From: Chrysomallon squamiferum
Taxonomy: Eukaryota > Animalia > Mollusca
Assembly: GCA_012295275.1 (NCBI GenBank)
Contig: CM022672.1
Location: 19,840,001 to 19,904,000 of the forward strand
DNA length: 64,000 bases
Reading direction: 5' to 3'
Part shown: one piece after another, positions 57,100 to 64,000 of the stretch
Layout: every line of letters begins with the position of its first letter
How positions within the stretch are numbered: the stretch's first letter is position 1
Made by a program: the position numbers and the translations under genes
The notes under the pieces: generated by a model
Told to the model about the DNA's origin: nothing
Seen by the model: only the letters and a program-made list of their open reading frames with translations
Database searches by the model: none

Positions 57100-58377
57100 T
57101 CATTCACGTCGTCTTTCAAATCTTTCAAAATTCTGTCTTCCAAATTGAAGGTTTCCACCATTTACATTTCTGCCATTTCCGAATAGATTTCTTCTACTTC
57201 CATTAGGCAGTCGACCGGACAAAATTTCTACAATTCCGCTGTCAAATCCCCTGCCTCTGCTGTCTCGAGATGTACTGAATCCTGGCATCCCCATTCCTGT
57301 CCCTCCAAAGCCTGCTCCTGCTCCTGGCATACCTTGTCCGAATCCAAATCCAGACAAGGATCCGCGACCATTCAAACCAAATCCACTTCCTGGCAGACCT
57401 CGACCTTGGTTACCAAATCCACCTCCCATTCCTCCGCCAATACGACCTCCGGCCAATCCACCTCCCATTCCTCCGCCAATACGACCTCCGGTTAATCCAC
57501 CTCCCATTCCTCCGCCAATACGACCTCCGGTCAGTCCACGTCCTGCATTTCCCATTCCTCCGCCAATGCGTCCTCCGGTCAATCCACCTCCCATTCCCCA
57601 TTCCTCCGCCAATGCGTCCTCCGGTCAATCCACCTCCCATTCCTCCGCCAATACGACCTCCGGTCAATCCACCTCCCATTCCTCCGCCAATACGACCTCC
57701 GGTCAATCCACCTCCCATTCCTCCGCCAATGCGTCCTCCGGTCAATCCACCTCCCATTCCTCCGCCAATACGACCTCCGGCCAATCCACCTCCCATTCCT
57801 CCGCCAATACGACCTCCGGTCAATCCACCTCCCATTCCTCCGCCAATACGACCTCCGGCCAATCCACCTCCCATTCCTCCGCCAATACGACCTCCGGTCA
57901 ATCCACCTCCCATTCCTCCGCCAGTACGACCTCCGGTCAATCCACCTCCCATTCCTCCGCCAATACGACCTCCGGCCAATCCACCTCCCATTCCTCCGCC
58001 AATACGACCTCCGGTTAGTCCACGTCCTGGATTTCCCATTCCTCCGCCAATGCGTCCTCCGGTCAATCCACCTCCCATTCCTCCGCCAATACGACCTCCG
58101 GTCAATCCACCTCCCATTCCTCCGCCAATGCGACCTCCGGCCAAACCACCTCCCATTCCTCCGCCAATGCGACCTCCGGCCAAACCACCTCCCATTCCTC
58201 CGCCAATACGACCTCCGGTCAATCCACCTCCCATTCCTCCGCCAATGCGTCCTCCGGTCAGTCCACCTCCCATTCCTCCGCCAATACGACCTCCAGACAG
58301 CCCAAGTCCAGGATTAGTTAGCACACCTCCCATTGGCTTTGGTTTTCCTGGCTGAGTGTATACCTCCCTTCGAAATC
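57100..58377 (-). CDS. Gly-rich protein: large terminal exon with the repeat domain (frameshifted at ~57590-57603 in this sequence)
   Basis: Acceptor ttttactcttag. In frame with ORF 57410..58333, and continues into ORF 57100..57612 once the extra CCCATTC is removed. TGA at 57102-57100; AATAAA at 57066-57061. Confidence 0.88.
57415..58296 (-). repeat. Coding minisatellite, 39-bp unit x22 (GGRIGGGMGGGL[T/A]) with two 48-bp variant units (GN[P/A]GRG)
   Basis: Units counted directly from the translated frames. Confidence 0.95.
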
Positions 58378-58846
58378 CTAAGAGTAAAAAAAAAATTAAT
58401 GAATGAGCTATAAACAGTCATTATTTCTATAATGACGAGGCGAAGGAGAAAACCTCATGAGAAGGCTGTAAAATTGTAAATGCGCACATGAGGTTTCATT
58501 AAAGTTGGAGCAAGAAGATGTAGCTATAGTTTTTTACTTCTGTCGAAATTATTATTAATATTTGTCTTTTAACCTTTGTAACGTAAATAAATAAAATAGT
58601 AAGAATCAACGAATGAGTACTTAATGAAACCTCCGCTTCGTTAACTATAGGGTGTCCAGGAAATAATAGGGTGAAAAGAACCTGTTTGTATAACGTCTTG
58701 TGATTAACACATCATTTAAAATAATATACCTTTTTATCTAGATATTAGACAAAAGAGTCAGACTTAAAAAGAGAGATATTCGAATCCGAAAAATTACTAC
58801 TACGATAGACTGCTGAGTTGTGAATGTAAATAAAACTTGTACTTAC

Positions 58847-58876
58847 TCTCGTTTAAGGCATCAGCTTCTGTGTTTC
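58847..58876 (-). CDS. Gly-rich protein: 30-nt micro-exon (acidic propeptide G-NTEADALNE-R)
   Basis: Acceptor ttaattgcag, donor GTAAGT; symmetric phase 1-1 and frame-preserving. Confidence 0.75.
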
Positions 58877-59041
58877 CTGCAATTAATCAGTATACATTTT
58901 CAAGCATGCGAAAAATTTTAGATGTTTATGACTGTCATGAATAATTGAAATAATTAATTTCTTAAAAGTATCGTATTATATATATATATATACACTCCTC
59001 ATTATAGATGTAATAAATATGTAAGTATACCGTTTCACATA

Positions 59042-59141
<100 letters not shown>

Positions 59142-59252
59142 CCGTATGTTAAAGTATGTTATTTTATTTGTATGTGCATGGACAGGTGTGTTTTGGTATG
59201 TATATGTGAATTTTATGAATGGTTGTGTTTCTAATACTTTTGTCATACATAC

Positions 59253-59304
59253 CTGAAATAACAGCAACACAGGCACAAACACATAGAATAAATAAACTAT
59301 CCAT
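59253..59304 (-). CDS. Gly-rich protein: signal-peptide exon (MDSLFILCVCACVAVIS-G)
   Basis: ATG in context CAAAATGG; hydrophobic core followed by a small-residue cleavage region; donor GTATGT, phase 1. Confidence 0.85.
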
Positions 59305-59680
59305 TTTGATTAGAATCTGTTTTCTGAAAACTGAAAATATGTAATTCATAATTTAACGTAAGATATTTAAAAATAAAACTGATTAAACATACTTTATTTG
59401 ATTTCAGTAAAGAAACATTTTTTTTTTTTTTTTTTTTTTTTATTTCTACTGGATTAATTATTACTGCCCGTAATATTAAAAATATAAATAAATAAATAAG
59501 AATTTGCATATATTACAATAAAATAAAATTTAAAACAAACTTCAATTCATTTAGCACAGGGAATAAGAAAAAAAAAAAAATAAATAAATATTTTCATACT
59601 GATACATTAAATTTAGTAACATGTCCGTAAGATATTGTATATAAAAAAATATATAAAAAAAAAAACCGTTGAATATTTAC

Positions 59681-59741
59681 CTCAGTTCATCTAATGACCA
59701 GTGGACTTGTGGTTAAACACAGCTTTGGAAATATTTATATA
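59681..59741 (-). promoter_or_regulatory. TATA box (TATATAAA, 59741-59734) and short non-coding first exon of the Gly-rich gene
   Basis: The TATA is followed about 55 nt downstream by the donor GAG|GTAAAT at 59681/59680. Acceptors (ttttcag, aacag) lie just upstream of the ATG at 59304. Confidence 0.6.
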
Positions 59742-60509
59742 TAAGTATTTTCAGTGACGTACGGACCGGTTCTTTCGTCATTTGGTATTCATCAATCAAG
59801 CCGGGTGTTTGTACGGTTTCCGTTAAACGCCAAGTTCTGATTAATAATGTTGTCACCATTCATTGTTTTCTTCCTTCTGCTTTCAAGCAAACTTGCTTTA
59901 CTATAATTTCTTAGCGAAACGAGTATGGCCCAAGGCAATATCGCATAAAAACATTATTTTTAAGGCTTTAAATATTTCGAGCTGTTGTGTTCTAATCGCA
60001 TTGCAGCTCATAAATTGTATGCAAATAAATAAGCGAATAAGGACCAATCGAATGCATGCGAGATTATTTTTAATAGTGGTTGTGGTTGTTGTTGCAGCGA
60101 TAGCCGTGATAGTAGCAGCAGTGATAGTTATTGTAATAATAGAAGCAGCAGCAGTTGTTGTAGTAGTAATATGTATACGGTCTTAAGTATTTCAATAAAT
60201 CTTCTTTTGTTTTATATATATATATACACACCTTTCTATTACTGTACTGACATAATCCTGAATATGACTGAATTAAATTTAATACTTTAAAACCAAATCC
60301 TCCAGCCTATGAAAAATACTAATACATACAGCCAAATTAAACATAAAATACAACCATAAGATTTTTTTCTGATTTTTATTTTAGTTGCTTTTTTATATCA
60401 AATATAAAATACATTTAAAAATTCTATCAATTCAGTCTTTTTAAAAATATTTTTTAAAGTGTATTTTGATAAATATATTTCTTTTATTAAAATAAATACT
60501 GTATTTCTT

Positions 60510-60560
60510 CTACATTTTTTTATATGTTTGAATCCATTCTATATCATTCCTCCTTTGAGT
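60510..60560 (-). CDS. FABP-C coding exon 4 (TQRRNDIEWIQTYKKM*)
   Basis: Acceptor ttttttcag; 51 nt ending in TAG; aligns with MIQKFKRI and MVQVLKKI of the paralogs; AATAAA at 60488-60483. Confidence 0.85.
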   Translation of the reverse strand, partial: TQRRNDIEWIQTYKKM

Positions 60561-60569
60561 CTGAAAAAA

Positions 60570-60645
<76 letters not shown>

Positions 60646-61048
60646 ATTTTTTTGATAAAATTAAAATTGAAATTATATTATATTATAATTAATTCTGTTT
60701 AATAAGTATATATATTAATTTGAATAATCACTAAGCAGAAACACGTAAATATTCATAAACAGTCATGACTAGGCAAAATACTATTATCAGCGATGTTAGT
60801 CCGACGCAGTTGGTTGCGGGTTTACGTCAGTCCATCCAACATGACCAGGGATATTGTTAATGACAAATGAAGAGTAATTTTCCTCTTTTTTTTAAACTTT
60901 TTTTTTTTTTTAAGTAAATTTTTCGCTTTCTCAGACTCATGTTTTATTTTTTCACATTTTTTAATTAATTTATTAATTTATTATTATTATTTTTTTTTTT
61001 TTTTTTTTTTATGACATACATGAAGATAATAACAACATTTTTTATTTC

Positions 61049-61085
<37 letters not shown>

Positions 61086-61126
61086 TTTTTTTTTTTTTTT
61101 GAAATGCAAGGGCGATAAATCCTTAC

Positions 61127-61234
61127 CAATATCAAGGTGTCGCCTTCTCGTTCCATTTCGGCATCCCACGACAAGTCTGCATCAAGGTGCCAGATTCGTT
61201 GTTTGAGCTTTCCGCCTTCCATTTTTAATTTTCT
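61127..61234 (-). CDS. FABP-C coding exon 3
   Basis: Acceptor aaaacag; 108 nt; ends WDAEMEREGDTLIL; donor GTAAGG. Confidence 0.86.
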
Positions 61235-61243
61235 CTGTTTTAC

Positions 61244-61367
<124 letters not shown>

Positions 61368-62574
61368 GATAGACCGGAAGAAAGTCCATATATAAGAGAC
61401 AAAAAGCGATTTTGTCCGACAGATCTAATTTGTGAAAAGTGAAGTATATATAGATACATACATCTAATGTTCTAATGATAAAAAAAATATTTATGTTTAT
61501 GATTTACAATATAATAGGATTTTCAAAATATTTATTTTAATATTTTAAAATTTTATTATGTATTGTTATTTGACACTCCAGTAAAATAAACAAACACAAT
61601 ATATGACTGAAATTAATTACATTATTAACAATTTAAAAAGAGGCATATCACTGGCGTGGTTTAGAATTTTTCAGATGGCTATGATGCGAACGTAAGTCTT
61701 ATATATATATCTGCCTGTTGATGGCAAACATTAGTTGAGCGAAAACATTGCCTACTATAAATTATGTTTCGTGGTCATTTTGACACAATTTCGATCGAGT
61801 TTATTGCAACAGCTGGGTTTTATCTGCTGAATACGTGGCCACATGCAAAAATTTATTATAGCATATTAAAACAGTGACATACTAAATATGCCTTATGTGA
61901 TGTAACAGCAAATACTATTTAAACTGTTCGATCGATAACAGTCAAAAAATATCTCTTCCTGAACCATTAATAAATAATGGGTTTTGAGTGTTGTACTTCA
62001 CTATATTAAACCAATATAACTGCTTTGTTGTAATAAAACAACAGCGGAACAGTACTCAAATTAATTTTAACAATGTAGTAAATTCAGCTGTTGTTTTATA
62101 CCTCGACAGTGAACAAAAACAGTTTACAACAATATTTTCTAAAAATGCATCAGTCTGGACGGGGCGAAACATGTTCACTACTGGACTAGGGTAAGGGAGG
62201 GCTAATTTCCAATGGGCCTAATTTCGTTGCTCCGGGCGTTCTCAACTTAAGTTCAGATAATTTTACAAATACTTCAAATCTTCATCTAAAAAGGCTGAAA
62301 ATATCTGAATCATGTATTTTGTGTCTAAAACAAAATTGTTAAAAATTATTTCTAAAATTAATAGTTTTCTCTCTCACTATTAAAACAAACGCTTTGCTAT
62401 GTCTGCTGTTGTTAAAACTGTAATATCTGTATGTTTATTTATTTACATTCATATCTGATTAATTCTGGTCACAAACAGAAGCAGACATTTAGCTAGTTTG
62501 AAAAGATAATTTTGAATAAGAAACAGAATAGGAATTTTTCATTTCTTATTCTTTCGATATTTATTATTTTTTAT

Positions 62575-62614
<40 letters not shown>

Positions 62615-63495
62615 TATTATTATTATTATTTTTTTTTTTTATCTTATCTTATCTTATTTCATTACATTTAATAATATTTTATTTATTTATTCATTATACT
62701 TTTTTTGTTATCACGGAAATACATATATATTATCCATTATTATTTTGCGTTTTAAATTATTCATCCCATTGTTATGTCACTTGCGAGAAAGGCTTGATAG
62801 TAATTTATTTCTGCATATCAATTTAAGAAAAGGAAAATTATTTCAGTAAACATTTCCCTTAATTTTTATATCGTTATAAATGATGAATAATATACTTAAT
62901 CTGTCTATTCCTGCTGCTAGTTTGAGTATTACTTTTTGTTTTGTTGACGATTTTCAAAATTAATCACAAAGAGGGAGAGAGAGAAAAAGGGATAGGGTTA
63001 ATATAAGCAAGACACAATATAATGTTTTCATTACAAACTTGGTCAAATAGCTTTTTATTTCCCGTTCTCTTTCCTGATCCCATTGTATGTTAGATAATAG
63101 ATCACACCTGTCCAGTGGTGTTACAGATGCTACAGTTTGTTTCTATATGGAAATAATTTTTTTTCAGTGCTTCCGTGTTGGTAATAATAACGATGAAAAA
63201 ATTTAAGCCAGCCATAAATACTATTTTCTATGTTATATGGTTATCTGATAATAGTACGAATGGTTTGTTGGCCTATGCCAAATGTAGCTTTTTTAGTCTT
63301 TGTATTCCCCGTAGAAGCTGAAAAGATAGGTTTCTGTATTTTGTACGTTTGGTGAACAAAATACCTTTGTTTCGGAAGCCATTTTACATTCGCTATTATT
63401 CGTCTTTTCTTTTCTTTTTTTCCCCTCTATAAATTTATTATTATAATTTTAATGAGATATTATTTGTGTTTTTTAAATTATTATTATTATAATTA

Positions 63496-63547
<52 letters not shown>

Positions 63548-63732
63548 GGGGTTAATTAGACACGACTTCTTTAATTTTGCGTTAAAGATTTATTAGTAAA
63601 TTATAACAATATGCTGATAAAATGGCCAAATTATAGATTTATAGCCAAATTAAAAAAAAAATATTAATGTTGTTTATGTTTTTTATTCTAGATAAGATCA
63701 GAGAACGTAAATTCTTTTTATATGATACGTAC

Positions 63733-63917
63733 CGCCATTGGCTCCCCATTAATGCCGCGGTATGTAGATGGATACAAGGCATCATCTTCCCACTTGCATT
63801 CTTCCACACCTGGAAGACCTTCTACGGTTGATTTCATTTTGTAAGTGAAGCCGTCTTTGGTGATTTCTATAGTGATTACTGCGTCTCGAAGAATTTCTCT
63901 TTCTTTTGAATCAATTC
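63733..63917 (-). CDS. FABP-C coding exon 2
   Basis: Acceptor tttccag (phase 1); 185 nt; ITIEITKDGxTY motif; donor GTACGT. Confidence 0.88.
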
Positions 63918-64000
63918 CTGGAAAGATAATGAATATTTTCAACATAACTAATTAACACGAATGAATTGCACAAGGGGTTTACAATTTGAAATAAAACTGT

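Noticed and set aside
57566-58355. Plus-strand Pro-rich (PPIPPPIRPPVN)n and Ser/Thr-rich ORFs
   Set aside because: These are antisense shadows of the Gly-codon repeat. The minus strand has the signal peptide, splice sites, furin site, TATA and a unique C-terminus, while the plus-strand ORFs begin inside the repeat.

Overview
This is eukaryotic, AT-rich animal DNA with dense microsatellites and GT-AG introns; it is not prokaryotic. The repeat types suggest a mollusc, probably a gastropod, but that is an inference. Most ORFs in the six-frame track are microsatellite artefacts. Splicing by hand gives six gene models. (1) Three divergent tandem fatty-acid/retinoid-binding-protein (FABP/iLBP) genes on the minus strand: FABP-B 32298-25522, FABP-A 45445-39682, and FABP-C 63917-60510, whose exon 1 lies outside the window. 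All follow the canonical 4-exon layout, and all have Gln instead of the fatty-acid-binding C-terminal Arg, as in cellular retinol-binding proteins. (2) A secreted Gly/Met/Arg-rich repeat protein inside that cluster (59304-57100, minus). It has a signal peptide, a 30-nt micro-exon, an RFRR furin site formed across a splice junction, 22 copies of GGRIGGGMGGGL[T/A], and a 7-nt frameshifting duplication. (3) Two uncharacterised plus-strand genes (17761-18462 and 53397-54217). The non-coding DNA holds two copies of an internally deleted Tigger/pogo element, a hAT transposase relic, decayed tRNA-derived SINEs, a ~1.6-kb inverted-repeat structure, and a 48-bp minisatellite with higher-order structure. 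No rRNA, intact tRNA or CRISPR array is visible.
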